Source: Lonsdalea britannica
GTDB lineage: Bacteria; Pseudomonadota; Gammaproteobacteria; Enterobacterales; Enterobacteriaceae
Direction: 5' to 3'
Assembly: GCF_002111595.1 (NCBI RefSeq)
Contig: NZ_LUTN01000024.1
Location: forward strand, 721-32,720
Length of the DNA: 32,000 nucleotides
This document shows positions 19,976-30,632 of this stretch, piece by piece. A program made the position numbers and the translations under genes. Every line of letters begins with the position of its first letter. The first letter of the stretch is position 1. The notes under the pieces were generated by a model that saw only the letters and a list, made by a program, of their open reading frames with translations, was not told the DNA's origin and made no database searches.

Positions 19976-22074
19976 TTGTATCTGTTTGAAAGCCTTAATC
20001 TGCTGATTCAGAATTACCTGCCCGAAGACCAGATAAAACGTCTCCGGCAGGCTTACCTTGTCGCACGTGATGCTCACGAGGGACAGACTCGCTCCAGTGG
20101 CGAGCCCTACATCACCCATCCAGTAGCCGTAGCCTGCATTTTGGCCGAGATGCGTCTCGACTATGAAACGCTCATGGCGGCGCTACTGCATGACGTGATC
20201 GAAGATACGCCCGCCACCTATCAGGATATGGAACAGCTGTTCGGCAAAAGCGTCGCCGAACTGGTGGAAGGTGTTTCCAAGCTGGATAAGCTGAAATTTC
20301 GCGACAAGAAAGAAGCGCAAGCAGAAAACTTTCGCAAAATGATCATGGCGATGGTGCAAGACATCCGCGTCGTCCTGATCAAACTTGCCGACCGCACGCA
20401 CAACATGCGGACGCTGGGGGCACTAAGGCCGGATAAACGCCGCCGCATCGCCCGGGAAACGCTGGAAATCTACAGCCCGCTGGCTCATCGGCTCGGTATT
20501 CATCACCTAAAAACCGAACTGGAAGAGCTGGGGTTTGAAGCGCTCTATCCGAACCGTTACCGCGTCATCAAAGAAGTGGTGAAAGCCGCGCGCGGCAACC
20601 GTAAGGAAATGATTCAGAAGATCCTCTCGGAAATCGAAGGGCGTTTGCTGGAAGCCGGTATCCCCTGTCGCGTCGGCGGCCGGGAAAAACATCTCTACTC
20701 CATCTATTGCAAGATGCACCTGAAAGAACAGCGTTTTCATTCCATTATGGATATTTACGCTTTTCGGGTGATCGTCCGCGATTTGGATACCTGCTACCGC
20801 GTGCTGGGCCAAGTTCACGGCCTGTACAAACCGCGCCCCGGTCGCGTTAAAGACTATATCGCCATCCCAAAAGCCAACGGCTATCAATCTCTGCATACCT
20901 CTTTGATCGGGCCGCACGGCGTCCCCGTTGAAGTGCAGATCCGTACGGAAGATATGGATCAAATGGCTGAGATGGGTGTCGCCGCGCACTGGGCTTATAA
21001 AGAAGGCGAAAGCAGCACAACCGCACAGGTTCGCGCGCGCCGCTGGATGCAAAGCCTGATGGAACTACAGCAAAGCGCAGGTAGTTCATTTGAATTTATC
21101 GAAAGCGTGAAGTCGGATTTGTTTCCAGACGAAATGTACGTCTTCACGCCCGAAGGCCGCATTGTCGAACTGCCCTCCGGCGCCACGCCGGTGGACTTCG
21201 CCTACGCGGTGCATACCGACATCGGCCACGCCTGCGTGGGCGCACGTGTCGACCGGCAGCCGTATCCGTTGTCTCAGGCACTGAAAAGCGGCCAAACGGT
21301 TGAGATCATTACGGCTCCTGGCGCACGGCCTAACGCCGCCTGGCTGAATTTCGTCGTCAGCTCCAAAGCCCGCGCCAGAATTCGTCAGCTACTGAAGAAC
21401 CTGAAGCGCGACGATTCCGTCAGCTTAGGACGTCGTCTGCTGAATCATGCGCTGGGTCACGGACGCAAGCTGTCTGAAGTTCCCGCGCCTAATATTCAGC
21501 GCGAGCTAGACCGGATGAAGCTTTCCTCGCTGGACGATCTGCTGGCGGAAATCGGCCTTGGCAACGCCATGAGCATCGTGGTGGCCAGAAATCTGCTGGA
21601 AGAAGATACCGGATTGAGCAGTTCCGGTATCCGCAAACTCCCGATCAAAGGCGCCGACGGCGTGTTGGTGACCTTCGCCAAATGCTGTCGCCCCATTCCG
21701 GGCGACCCGATTATTGCGCACGTCAGCCCCGGTAAAGGTCTGGTGATCCACCATGAATCCTGCCGCAATATCCGCGGTTACCAGAAAGAACCTGAAAAAT
21801 TCATGGCGGTAGAGTGGGACAAGGTCACCGAGCAGGAATTCCTGACCGAAATCAAGGTGGACATGCTCAACCATCAGGCGTACTGGCCAACCTGACTGCA
21901 GCTATAAACACCGCCAATGCCAATATCCAGAGCATCAATACGGAAGAAAAAGACGGCAGGGTGTACAGTGCCTTCATACGCCTGACAGCGCGCGACCGTG
22001 TTCATCTCGCGAACATCATGCGCAAAATCCGCGTGATGCCGGATGTGATTAAAGTTAACCGTAACCGAAACTAA
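19976..22074 (+). pseudogene. spoT: Bifunctional (p)ppGpp synthetase/hydrolase SpoT, frameshifted at 21877-21878 so that the C-terminal ACT/RRM domain is out of frame (or an assembly indel)
   Basis: A TTG start at 19976 gives MYLFESLNLLIQNYLPEDQIKRLRQAYLVARDAHEGQTRSSGEPYITHP. E. coli spoT also starts at TTG. Frame 1 ends ...EIKVDMLNHQAYWPT* (stop at 21893-21895). The next frame reads GVLANLTAAINTANANIQSINTEEKDGRVYSAFIRLTARDRVHLANIMRKIRVMPDVIKVNRNRN*, which is the E. coli SpoT C-terminus. Changing CAGGCG to CAGGGCG restores NHQGVLANL. Confidence 0.9.
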
Positions 22075-22080
22075 TCTGTT

Positions 22081-22773
22081 ATGACGCCAGAACGCTATGC
22101 GCGCATCAGAGAGATGCTGAATCACCGCCAACCCGATCTGACGGTGTGTATGGAACAGGTCCATAAGCCTCATAATGTCTCCGCCGTTATTCGTACGGCG
22201 GATGCTGTAGGCGTGCATCAAGTTCACGCCATATGGCCGACCGGCCATATGAGAACGCTGGTTTCCACCGCCGCGGGCAGCAATAGCTGGGTAAAAGTCA
22301 AAACGCACGCCACGATTAAAGACGCCGTCGGACATCTGAAGACCCAGGGTATGCAAGTTCTGGCCACCAACCTTTCTGACAAAGCCGTTGATTTTCGCGA
22401 CATTGATTACACCCGCCCGACCTGCATTCTTCTTGGACAGGAAAAAAACGGCATCTCCGCCGAAGCGCTGGCTTTGGCAGACCAGGACATCATTATTCCG
22501 ATGACCGGCATGGTTCAATCTCTCAATGTTTCCGTTGCTTCCGCGCTAATTCTGTATGAAGCGCAGCGTCAACGACAGATGGCTGGCATGTATCATCGGG
22601 ATACCAGCCCGCTGGACGAAGAGGAGCAACAGCGCCTGTTGTTTGAGGGCGGTTACCCCGTTCTCGCCCGCGTGGCGAAACGCAAAGGACTTCCACGACC
22701 GCGTATAGACCAGCAGGGTCAGGTGATTGCCGACACCCCGTGGTGGGCCGCCATGCAGTCCACGGAACAATAA
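22081..22773 (+). CDS. trmH: tRNA (guanosine18-2'-O)-methyltransferase TrmH (SpoU)
   Basis: The 230-aa ORF reads MTPERYARIREMLNHRQPDLTVCMEQVHKPHNVSAVIRTADAVGV...LLGQEKNGIS...IPM.GMVQSLNVSVA.A. It carries the SPOUT motifs and sits between spoT and recG. Confidence 0.95.
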   Translation: MTPERYARIREMLNHRQPDLTVCMEQVHKPHNVSAVIRTADAVGVHQVHAIWPTGHMRTLVSTAAGSNSWVKVKTHATIKDAVGHLKTQGMQVLATNLSDKAVDFRDIDYTRPTCILLGQEKNGISAEALALADQDIIIPMTGMVQSLNVSVASALILYEAQRQRQMAGMYHRDTSPLDEEEQQRLLFEGGYPVLARVAKRKGLPRPRIDQQGQVIADTPWWAAMQSTEQ

Positions 22774-24854
22774 TGCGCGGACGCCTGCTGAATACCCAAC
22801 CGCTGAACACGCTTGTCGGCGTCGGGCCCAGTCAGGCAAATAAACTGGCCCGCATCGGCCTGGAGACGGTGGAAGACCTGCTGTTTCATCTACCGCTACG
22901 CTATGAAGATCGCACCCAACTTTACCCCATCAACGACCTGCTGCCGGGCATCTATGCCACAGTAGAAGGTGAAATTCTGCGCTGCGACGTTACCTTCGGC
23001 AGCCGACGTATGCTGACCTGCCAGATCAGCGACGGCAGCGGCATGCTCACGCTGCGTTTTTTCAACTTCAACGCCGCCATGAAGAACAGCCTGGCTACGG
23101 GCCAACGGGTTATCGCTTATGGCGAAATCCGCCGCGGCAAGCTGGGGGCTGAAATTATTCACCCCGAGTATCGGGTACAGGGCGAAGAAAGCGATGTGGC
23201 ATTACAGGAGACACTGACGCCGGTCTATCCCGCCACCGACGGCATCCGTCAGGCCACACTGCGCAAGCTGACCGATCAGGCGCTGAAACTGCTCGACCGC
23301 CACCCGATTGATGAGCTTCTTCCCCAGGAGCTCAATCACACGATGATGAGCCTGACGGAAGCGTTGCATACGCTACATCGGCCGCCGCCCAACATGCAGT
23401 TGAGCGAGCTGGAACAGGGTAAGCATCCGGCCCAGCAACGGCTAATCATGGAAGAGCTTCTGGCTCACAACCTGAGCATGCTGGCTGCACGGGCCGGCGC
23501 GCAGCGTTACCACGCGCTGGCGTTGCCTCCTCGCGATTCGCTAAAACAGCAGTTGCTGGCCGCCCTGCCGTTTTCGCCGACTCAGGCGCAAGAACGCGTC
23601 GTCGCCGAAATCGAACAGGATCTGAATCACCCCTATCCCATGATGCGACTGGTGCAGGGCGACGTCGGCTCCGGCAAAACGCTGGTGGCGGCTTTGGCCG
23701 CGTTGCGCGCTATTGCTCACGGTAAACAGGTCGCCCTCATGGCGCCGACCGAGCTGTTAGCAGAACAGCATGCGCACAATTTCCGTCAATGGTTTGCGCC
23801 TCTCGGCATCAACGTTGGATGGCTGGCCGGAAAGCAGAAAGGCAAGGCACGGCAGGCTCAGCAGGACGCCATCGCCAACGGCGATGTCGGTATGGTCGTC
23901 GGCACGCACGCCATTTTCCAACAGCAGGTTCAGTTTAACGGTCTGGCGCTGGTGATTATCGATGAGCAGCATCGGTTTGGCGTCCATCAGCGGCTTGCCC
24001 TGTGGGAAAAAGGCGAGCAGCAAGGATTTCACCCCCATCAGCTGATTATGACGGCGACGCCGATCCCGCGTACGCTGGCGATGACGGCCTACGCTGACCT
24101 GGAAACGTCCGTCATCGATGAACTTCCTCCGGGCCGAACCCCCGTCACGACCGTCGCCATCCCCGACACTCGCCGCAGCGATATCATCCAGCGTGTCGAC
24201 AATGCCTGCCAGCAGGAAGGCCGTCAGGCCTACTGGGTATGTACCCTTATTGAGGAGTCGGACCTTCTGGAAGCGCAGGCGGCGGAAGCGACCTGTCAGG
24301 AACTGCGCGAAGCGCTGCCTGAACTCACCATCGGGCTGGTGCATGGGCGGATGAGGGCGCAGGAAAAACAGCAGGTAATGGAAGCGTTCAAGTCAGGCCA
24401 AATTCAGCTGCTCGTCGCCACGACCGTGATTGAAGTCGGCGTAGACGTCCCCAACGCCAGCCTGATGATTATCGAAAACCCCGAACGACTCGGTCTGGCG
24501 CAGCTGCACCAGCTACGCGGACGTGTAGGCCGCGGCTCGGTCGCCTCCCACTGCGTGCTGTTGTACAAATCTCCGCTCAGCAAAACCGCCCAGAAGCGAT
24601 TGCAGGTATTACGGGATAGCAACGATGGCTTTGTGATCGCACAACGCGATCTTGAGATTCGTGGACCGGGTGAACTGCTAGGCACCCGTCAAACCGGCAG
24701 CGCCGAATTCAAGGTCGCCGATTTGCTGCGGGATCAGGCGTTAATCCCCCAAGTTCAGCGGATTGCACGCCATATTCATGAGCACTACCCCGACCACGCG
24801 CAAGCACTGATTGAACGCTGGCTGCCGGAAAGCGCGCGCTACACCAACGCCTGA
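22773..24854 (+). CDS. recG: ATP-dependent DNA helicase RecG
   Basis: The ATG at 22773 overlaps the trmH stop (TAATG). The protein reads [30 protein letters not shown]...LPLRYEDRT...GDVGSGKT (Walker A)...DEQHRFG...TATPIPRT...[12 protein letters not shown]. At 693 aa it is colinear with E. coli RecG. Confidence 0.96.
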   Translation: MRGRLLNTQPLNTLVGVGPSQANKLARIGLETVEDLLFHLPLRYEDRTQLYPINDLLPGIYATVEGEILRCDVTFGSRRMLTCQISDGSGMLTLRFFNFNAAMKNSLATGQRVIAYGEIRRGKLGAEIIHPEYRVQGEESDVALQETLTPVYPATDGIRQATLRKLTDQALKLLDRHPIDELLPQELNHTMMSLTEALHTLHRPPPNMQLSELEQGKHPAQQRLIMEELLAHNLSMLAARAGAQRYHALALPPRDSLKQQLLAALPFSPTQAQERVVAEIEQDLNHPYPMMRLVQGDVGSGKTLVAALAALRAIAHGKQVALMAPTELLAEQHAHNFRQWFAPLGINVGWLAGKQKGKARQAQQDAIANGDVGMVVGTHAIFQQQVQFNGLALVIIDEQHRFGVHQRLALWEKGEQQGFHPHQLIMTATPIPRTLAMTAYADLETSVIDELPPGRTPVTTVAIPDTRRSDIIQRVDNACQQEGRQAYWVCTLIEESDLLEAQAAEATCQELREALPELTIGLVHGRMRAQEKQQVMEAFKSGQIQLLVATTVIEVGVDVPNASLMIIENPERLGLAQLHQLRGRVGRGSVASHCVLLYKSPLSKTAQKRLQVLRDSNDGFVIAQRDLEIRGPGELLGTRQTGSAEFKVADLLRDQALIPQVQRIARHIHEHYPDHAQALIERWLPESARYTNA

Positions 24855-24914
24855 CTGTCGACGGCGATCACTTCCTTCCACATTCTCCTTTGCGTTCGTG
24901 CATCAAAATGACAC

Positions 24915-24930
24915 GCGCAACCGTTTGCTT
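24915..24930. promoter_or_regulatory. Candidate PurR operator upstream of xanP
   Basis: GCGCAACCGTTTGCTT matches the PurR box palindrome ACGCAAACGTTTGCGT at 13 of 16 positions. It lies 55 nt upstream of the xanP ATG. Confidence 0.4.
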
Positions 24931-24984
24931 TTATTAGGCAGATCATTAAAATGCGTTTTTTGTCGTTCTGGAGTGCCAACCGCC

Positions 24985-26388
24985 ATGCGTATTCCCTCTG
25001 CCGAACCTTTGCGCCCGGAAGAACCCGCCGCTGTTCATCCACGCAGCGAACTCATCTACCGCCTTGAAGACCGCCCTCCGTTGCCGCAAACGCTGTTTGC
25101 CGCCGGCCAGCATCTGTTAGCCATGTTCGTCGCCGTTATCACACCGGCGTTACTGATCTGTCAGGCGCTCGGGCTACCCGCGCAAGATACGCAACACATT
25201 ATCAGCATGTCGCTGTTTGCATCCGGTCTGGCCTCCATACTGCAAATCAAAACCTGGGGGCCTGTGGGTTCCGGGCTGCTGTCGATTCAGGGCACCAGCT
25301 TTAACTTTGTGACGCCGCTGATTATGGGCGGATTGGCGTTGAAAAACGGCGGTGCAGATGTTCCCACCATGATGGCCGCGCTGTTCGGCACACTGATGGT
25401 CGCCTCTTGTACCGAGATCCTGCTGTCCCGCGTTCTTCATCTGGCCCGGAGAATCATCACCCCGCTGGTTTCCGGCGTGGTCGTCATGATCATTGGCTTG
25501 TCGCTGATTCAGGTTGGGCTGACCTCGATTGGTGGTGGATTCGCGGCGATGAACGACCACTCGTTCGGCGCGCCCAAAAATCTGCTGCTGGCAGGCGTGG
25601 TCCTACTGGTTATCATCCTGCTGAATCGCCAGCGTAATCCCTATCTGCGGGTCGCCTCACTGGTCATCGCTATGGCCGTCGGGTATCTGGTGGCGTGGCT
25701 GATGGGCATGCTGCCGAAAGAAATGTCCAGCACGACACAGTCCGCCATCATGGTGCCGACACCGCTGTATTACGGTCTGGGCTTCGACTGGAGCCTGCTC
25801 GTACCGCTGATGCTGGTATTTATGGTGACGTCACTGGAAACCATTGGCGACATCACAGCGACGTCCGACGTCTCTGAACAACCCGTCCGCGGACCGCTGT
25901 ACATGAAACGCCTGAAGGGCGGCGTGCTGGCCAACGGCCTAAACTCCATGCTTTCCGCGGTATTCAATACCTTTCCCAACTCCTGCTTCGGTCAGAACAA
26001 TGGCGTAATCCAACTGACCGGCGTCGCCAGCCGCCATGTCGGTTTCGTCGTAGCGTTAATGCTGATTGTGCTGGGCCTATTCCCGGCCGTCAGCGGATTC
26101 GTTCAACACATCCCGGAACCAGTGCTCGGAGGCGCGACCATCGTGATGTTCGGCACGATCGCCGCCTCAGGCGTGCGCATCGTGTCTCGCGAACCGTTAA
26201 ACCGCCGGGCGATTATGATCATCGCCCTCTCGCTGGCCGTGGGTCTGGGTGTTGCGCAGCAGCCGCTGATCCTGCAATTCGCGCCAGACTGGCTGAAAAC
26301 GCTGCTGTCTTCCGGCATCGCTGCGGGCGGGATCACCGCCATCGTCTTGAATCTGGTGTTCCCGCAAGAGCAAGAAGAAAAAGAATAG
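24985..26388 (+). CDS. xanP: Xanthine permease XanP/YicE (NCS2/NAT family)
   Basis: From the ATG at 24985 the protein reads [81 protein letters not shown]...[19 protein letters not shown]. Long stretches are identical to E. coli XanP. The 58-codon extension from 24811 overlaps the recG end and is unsupported. Confidence 0.95.
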   Translation: MRIPSAEPLRPEEPAAVHPRSELIYRLEDRPPLPQTLFAAGQHLLAMFVAVITPALLICQALGLPAQDTQHIISMSLFASGLASILQIKTWGPVGSGLLSIQGTSFNFVTPLIMGGLALKNGGADVPTMMAALFGTLMVASCTEILLSRVLHLARRIITPLVSGVVVMIIGLSLIQVGLTSIGGGFAAMNDHSFGAPKNLLLAGVVLLVIILLNRQRNPYLRVASLVIAMAVGYLVAWLMGMLPKEMSSTTQSAIMVPTPLYYGLGFDWSLLVPLMLVFMVTSLETIGDITATSDVSEQPVRGPLYMKRLKGGVLANGLNSMLSAVFNTFPNSCFGQNNGVIQLTGVASRHVGFVVALMLIVLGLFPAVSGFVQHIPEPVLGGATIVMFGTIAASGVRIVSREPLNRRAIMIIALSLAVGLGVAQQPLILQFAPDWLKTLLSSGIAAGGITAIVLNLVFPQEQEEKE

Positions 26389-26424
26389 GGAGCCTGCTTC
26401 CAGATATTTCGTATTTACCGTGCT

Positions 26425-26460
26425 AATCAGGGTCCCATGATGCAACATCGGACCCTGATT
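26425..26460 (+). terminator. Hairpin downstream of xanP
   Basis: AATCAGGGTCC-(14 nt)-GGACCCTGATT forms an 11-bp stem, followed by TCTTGT (a weak U-tract). Confidence 0.5.
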
Positions 26461-26548
26461 CTTGTCAGGAGTATGATTACCGACTTGAGCCGCTGCAGAC
26501 ATTGCGGCATAACATTTCTATCCTCGACGACAGGCACGGACTGATACG

Positions 26549-28249
26549 ATGAAATTGATCGGGAAACTACTCATCTCACTGCTGTTACTGACCTTTCTGG
26601 TTTTGGTGGCGCTTTATCTCGCGCTGCAGACCGAATGGGGAGCCAACTGGATCAGCCGTTGGGTTAGTCAACATACCGAATACAGACTATCGCTGAAAAA
26701 GGTGTCTCTGGACTGGACGTCGCCCAGCGTATTCCAGCTCGCAGAGGTTTCATTCGGCCGTGAAAATCAGCCGACGACATTGGTCGCCAAACAGGTCTCC
26801 GTCGGGCTTAGCGTCCGCCAAATTACTACGCCGTCTCATTTCGCCAGCCTGCAGTTGGAAGGCGGAACGCTCAATCTGAGTCAAACCGGTTACGCATTGC
26901 CTTTTAAGGCTGACGTGTTGCAGTTCAAGGACATGGCGCTACAGGTGCAAGACGGCGACTGGCGGCTCAACGGACAGCAGATCAACGGCGGCATCACACC
27001 GTGGGAGCCGCAGTCCGGTCATCTGCTGGGAAACAATGCGCGTTTCCAACTCAGTGCCCGCTCGCTGACGCTGAATGATATGCCCGTCAGTCAGGTGTTT
27101 GTTGAAGGCACATTCGACAATCAGCGCCTGACGCTTAGCAACTTCGGCGCCAATGTCGCCCGGGGGGAGCTGACTGGCAGCGCGCAGCGCGCGGACGATG
27201 GTAGTTGGAAGATTGATCGCCTCAGGTTGAGTAATGTGAGGCTGCAAACTTCGCGCTCCCTCTCCGATTTCTGGCGACCTGCCGCACCGCTGCCCGCCAT
27301 CAGCATTGAGCGTTTCGATCTGATAGATGCCCGCATCGAGGGGCCGGGCTGGGCCGCCAGCGATCTTGACGCCACACTGCAACACGTCACTTTTCAACAG
27401 GATAACTGGCAGAGTGAGGACGGCTCGCTGTCGTTCAACGCATCCGATCTTATCAACGGCGACATGCATCTGATCGATCCGATTATCAATCTGGACCTGT
27501 CCGCCCAGGGGATCGCCATCCGCCAGTTCTCGACCCGTTGGGAAAGAGGACTGCTGCGTGCCAGCGGCAACTGGCAGCGCAGCGACCGCCGGCTGACGCT
27601 GGATGAGCTGGTGATCGCGGGAATGGAATACACCCTGCCGGGAGACTGGCGTCAACGCTGGCAACAGACATTGCCGTCGTGGCTGGAAACGGTCTCCGTC
27701 AAAAAATTTACCGCCAACCGTAACCTGCTGATCGATATCAATCCAGACTTCCCGTTCCAAGTAACCGCGCTTGACGGCTATGGCAGCGACCTGATGCTGG
27801 CCCGCGAGCACCAGTGGGGAATCTGGGCAGGCTCGCTTAACCTGAACGCCAGCGATGCCACGTTCAATAAAGTGGATATTCGACGCCCATCGCTGGCATT
27901 GACGGCGGACAACGAACGGATCACGTTTACCGATCTCAGCGCCTTTACGCCGGGGGGACTGTTGGAAGCAAAAGCCGATATCGGTCAGTCCCCTGCGCGT
28001 GAATTTACGCTGGATATGAATGCCAAATCCGCGGCATTCGACACATTGCTTCTCTGGGGCTGGCCGACGCCGACTCGCACGCCATCGGGTAATCTCAATT
28101 TTCAGTTAAAGCTGAAAGGTCAGATGGAGAATGCCTCGCCGCTGAAGCCCACCCTAAACGGCGTTTTGCAGGGAACAGACAACGATGGGCAACCGGTTTA
28201 TCAACGGTTGTATCAGGGTATTCTGCAGGAAGGAGCGCCGACGCCCTAA
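26549..28249 (+). CDS. yicH: AsmA-family protein YicH
   Basis: The 566-aa ORF reads MKLIGKLLISLLLLTFLVLVALYLALQTEWGANWISRWVS (N-terminal TM anchor) ...LVAKQVSVGLS...FDLIDARIEGPGWA...RPSLALTADNERI. It is colinear with E. coli YicH (MKFIGKLLLYILIALLVVIAGLYFLLQTRWGAEHISAWVS...). Confidence 0.9.
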   Translation: MKLIGKLLISLLLLTFLVLVALYLALQTEWGANWISRWVSQHTEYRLSLKKVSLDWTSPSVFQLAEVSFGRENQPTTLVAKQVSVGLSVRQITTPSHFASLQLEGGTLNLSQTGYALPFKADVLQFKDMALQVQDGDWRLNGQQINGGITPWEPQSGHLLGNNARFQLSARSLTLNDMPVSQVFVEGTFDNQRLTLSNFGANVARGELTGSAQRADDGSWKIDRLRLSNVRLQTSRSLSDFWRPAAPLPAISIERFDLIDARIEGPGWAASDLDATLQHVTFQQDNWQSEDGSLSFNASDLINGDMHLIDPIINLDLSAQGIAIRQFSTRWERGLLRASGNWQRSDRRLTLDELVIAGMEYTLPGDWRQRWQQTLPSWLETVSVKKFTANRNLLIDINPDFPFQVTALDGYGSDLMLAREHQWGIWAGSLNLNASDATFNKVDIRRPSLALTADNERITFTDLSAFTPGGLLEAKADIGQSPAREFTLDMNAKSAAFDTLLLWGWPTPTRTPSGNLNFQLKLKGQMENASPLKPTLNGVLQGTDNDGQPVYQRLYQGILQEGAPTP

Positions 28250-28268
28250 GTCAAGCGAGGCGATGACA

Positions 28269-28301
28269 AACAGAAGGCCGGATTCGTCATCCGGCCTTCT
28301 G
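28269..28301. terminator. 14-bp perfect hairpin (REP-like GCCGGAT...ATCCGGC core) between convergent yicH and yiiD
   Basis: ACAGAAGGCCGGAT-tcgtc-ATCCGGCCTTCTGT, followed by TATT on the + strand. Confidence 0.6.
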
Positions 28302-28353
28302 TTATTCGTGAAGAGTTATTCCCGAAACCATCGATATCTGCGCCGTAAATCAC

Positions 28354-29295
28354 TCAGTCGCCCGATAAACCCGAAGGCTCCAGAGGATCATCCGGTGTCG
28401 GCGGCAAGACCATGTACACGCCTTCAAATAATGCTCCTTTTGACCCTTCACCGAATAATTCAACGTTCAGATGCACCCTTGCCCGACGACCGCGAGCCAG
28501 CTTGTCCAGATCGCCGCTGAGCGACCCAAGATTAGCCACCGCGCTGGGACGGCCGGTGATCGGTGAGCTGTAACGAATATGCGCATCCGCCAAAACGATA
28601 GTGCCGCCCAACTGACGCTCCCGCAGCAGTAGCCAAATCAGCCCCCAGCCGGTCAAAGTCGCCAGAGAAAACAGGCTGCCAGCGAAGATGGTGTGATGGG
28701 GGTTCTGATTGACGACTTCCGGCATCGTGGTAATGAACTTCTTGCCGGTGTACTGACTGATGCGCACACCCATCTTTTCACTCAGCGGTATATGATCGTG
28801 CCAGGCTTGTTGTAGCTGTCCGCACCAGTCAGGGCGGTGCAAAATATCATCCAGCGTCGCCACCGGTTTAATCATCAGGAAATGCCGAATTGGCGTTGTC
28901 TGCGGCGTCGTGATCTCGCCCTGATCCACAAATCCCAGCTTGGCGAAAAAGGCTTTCGCTTCTTCACGCGCGCTACATACCACACGCTTGGCTCCCTCCT
29001 GACGCGCCACTGACTCCAGTGCCATCGCCAGCAAGGTGCCCAACCCTTTACGTCGAACGTCGGGGTGAACCGCCAGAAAACGGATAGAGGCCTCATTGTC
29101 AGCGTTGATATAGAGCCGTCCCACGGCGACCAGACGCCCTTGGACGTCAACGACGGTCTGATGATGGGCTAGCGAGTCATAGGCGTCGCGTTCGGAGCCT
29201 AACGGCTGCTGCAACGGTTTACGCAGCATCTCCCAGCGAAACTGGTAGTAGGCGTCCAGCTCTTTGGCGCTTTCCGGCACTCTCAAGTGATACAT
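28354..29295 (-). CDS. yiiD: Bifunctional GNAT acetyltransferase / YiiD-type thioesterase-fold protein (YiiD/FabY)
   Basis: The 313-aa ORF reads [40 protein letters not shown]...[28 protein letters not shown]...[24 protein letters not shown]...[27 protein letters not shown]. It is colinear with E. coli YiiD from its internal MYHLRVP. Confidence 0.9.
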   Translation of the reverse strand: MYHLRVPESAKELDAYYQFRWEMLRKPLQQPLGSERDAYDSLAHHQTVVDVQGRLVAVGRLYINADNEASIRFLAVHPDVRRKGLGTLLAMALESVARQEGAKRVVCSAREEAKAFFAKLGFVDQGEITTPQTTPIRHFLMIKPVATLDDILHRPDWCGQLQQAWHDHIPLSEKMGVRISQYTGKKFITTMPEVVNQNPHHTIFAGSLFSLATLTGWGLIWLLLRERQLGGTIVLADAHIRYSSPITGRPSAVANLGSLSGDLDKLARGRRARVHLNVELFGEGSKGALFEGVYMVLPPTPDDPLEPSGLSGD

Positions 29296-29330
29296 AAACA
29301 GCCTCGGTTAACCAAGAGATGCATTGCGAT

Positions 29331-29768
29331 CTATGCCTGTAACCAGAAGGTCACGGGGCCATCGTTGACCAATTCAACCTTCATATCGGCGGCAAAACGA
29401 CCCGTTTCGGTGGTCATGCCTTGCTCCCGGCATCGGCCGACAAAATAGTGATATAACCGTTCGGCTTCGGCAGGCGCGGCTCCACGCGAAAAACTAGGAC
29501 GCATCCCCTTCTTCGTATCGGCCGCCAGCGTAAACTGCGATACCACCAGCAGGCTGCCGCCAGCCTGACGCACATTCAGGTTCATCTTATCCTGCTCATC
29601 GCCGAAAATTCGGTACCCGATCACCCGTTCGCATAGCCGCTCGGCATTCTTTTCGTCATCACCCTGCTCAACGCCCAGCAATACGACCAATCCCGCATCG
29701 ATTTTACCGATAACTTCATTATCCACGGTAACGCTGGCTCTGGAGACGCGCTGAATTAACCCAATCAT
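29331..29768 (-). CDS. dtd: D-aminoacyl-tRNA deacylase
   Basis: The 145-aa ORF reads [39 protein letters not shown]...[22 protein letters not shown]...[10 protein letters not shown]. It carries canonical Dtd motifs (SQFTL, NxGPVT). Confidence 0.96.
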   Translation of the reverse strand: MIGLIQRVSRASVTVDNEVIGKIDAGLVVLLGVEQGDDEKNAERLCERVIGYRIFGDEQDKMNLNVRQAGGSLLVVSQFTLAADTKKGMRPSFSRGAAPAEAERLYHYFVGRCREQGMTTETGRFAADMKVELVNDGPVTFWLQA

Positions 29769-29815
29769 AAAAACGTTGCTGCTCCTGTCTGATACTGAAT
29801 GGAAACGGCCTGGCG

Positions 29816-30427
29816 CTATTCACTCACCGTGGCGGAATGAGAAGAAAAGAAGTCTGTCAGAACCTGACGATCGTTGACCTGAATGGCATGGATGCCCAAC
29901 GCGGAAGCCGCGATGATATTGTCCGCATTGTCATCGAAGAAGATAGTGTCTTGAGCGAGGTATCCTTCCTGCTGCAACACATATTCGTAAATGCCAGCCT
30001 CAGGTTTACGCATGCCAAGTTCTTGCGACAAATACATATGGTCGGCCGCCTGCTCTATCTCAGGATAAAGCGAAGACCACTGCTGATGATGCAGGCGGTT
30101 GGTGTTCGAAAGTACCACGACCCGCTGCCCGTCGCGCCGTAGCTGCTGCATGATATCCAACACTTCAGGACGTACTCCGATAAAGATCGATTCCCAGCCT
30201 GCGGCAAACTGCTCAAAGCTGAGGGCAATCCCCATTTCGTGGCACAGCTCAGAGGCGAATGCCTCATCATCGATCTCGCCGCGCTCATGTTGTTCAAACG
30301 CATGCCCCATAACAAAGCGTTCGCTCAGGCTAGCCAGGGGGACACCGCTAAGGTTGCTCCATACTCCCAGCACCCGTTTGAAATCGATATCAATGACGAC
30401 GTTGCCCAAATCAAAGATATACAACAT
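29816..30427 (-). CDS. yihX: HAD-family alpha-D-glucose-1-phosphate phosphatase YihX
   Basis: The 203-aa ORF reads [34 protein letters not shown]...[18 protein letters not shown]...[11 protein letters not shown]...[16 protein letters not shown]...FFDDNADNI. It is colinear with E. coli YihX ([26 protein letters not shown]...). Confidence 0.93.
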   Translation of the reverse strand: MLYIFDLGNVVIDIDFKRVLGVWSNLSGVPLASLSERFVMGHAFEQHERGEIDDEAFASELCHEMGIALSFEQFAAGWESIFIGVRPEVLDIMQQLRRDGQRVVVLSNTNRLHHQQWSSLYPEIEQAADHMYLSQELGMRKPEAGIYEYVLQQEGYLAQDTIFFDDNADNIIAASALGIHAIQVNDRQVLTDFFSSHSATVSE

Positions 30428-30560
30428 AGGTCCTCCTGATGAGTGAGTAGGCTTTCACTGTAACGGTAAAAAGGAGAACTGAACAGAGAAGATCTAAGGC
30501 CTCACACACCGTTTTCGGGCGTGGTCTTACTCTGCCAAATAAGGATAACCCAATGAAAAT

Positions 30561-30600
30561 AAATAAAAAAAGCCAGTCAGCTTTCGCTGACTGGCTTTTT
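30561..30600 (-). terminator. Rho-independent terminator of bipA (bidirectional architecture)
   Basis: AAAAAAA-AGCCAGTCAG-ctttcg-CTGACTGGCT-TTTTT. On the minus strand a 10-bp stem is followed by a T-run. It lies about 35 nt downstream of the bipA stop. Confidence 0.85.
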
Positions 30601-30632
30601 CTGAAACGAGACCGTCGTTACAGAAAAGACAC

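Noticed and set aside
21870-21895. Programmed ribosomal frameshifting as an explanation for the spoT split (and likewise for dcuS, eptB and bipA)
   Set aside because: There is no X XXY YYZ slippery heptamer or stimulatory structure at any of the four sites. Orthologues encode these proteins in a single frame, and all four require the same trivial +1 base repair.
20507-24344. Several 180-215-aa antisense ORFs inside spoT, trmH and recG (20507..21052, 21874..22518, 23757..24344)
   Set aside because: All are shadow ORFs opposite highly conserved genes.
26939-27811. 290-aa ORF antisense to yicH
   Set aside because: It is a shadow ORF inside a well-supported AsmA-family gene and has no recognisable motifs.
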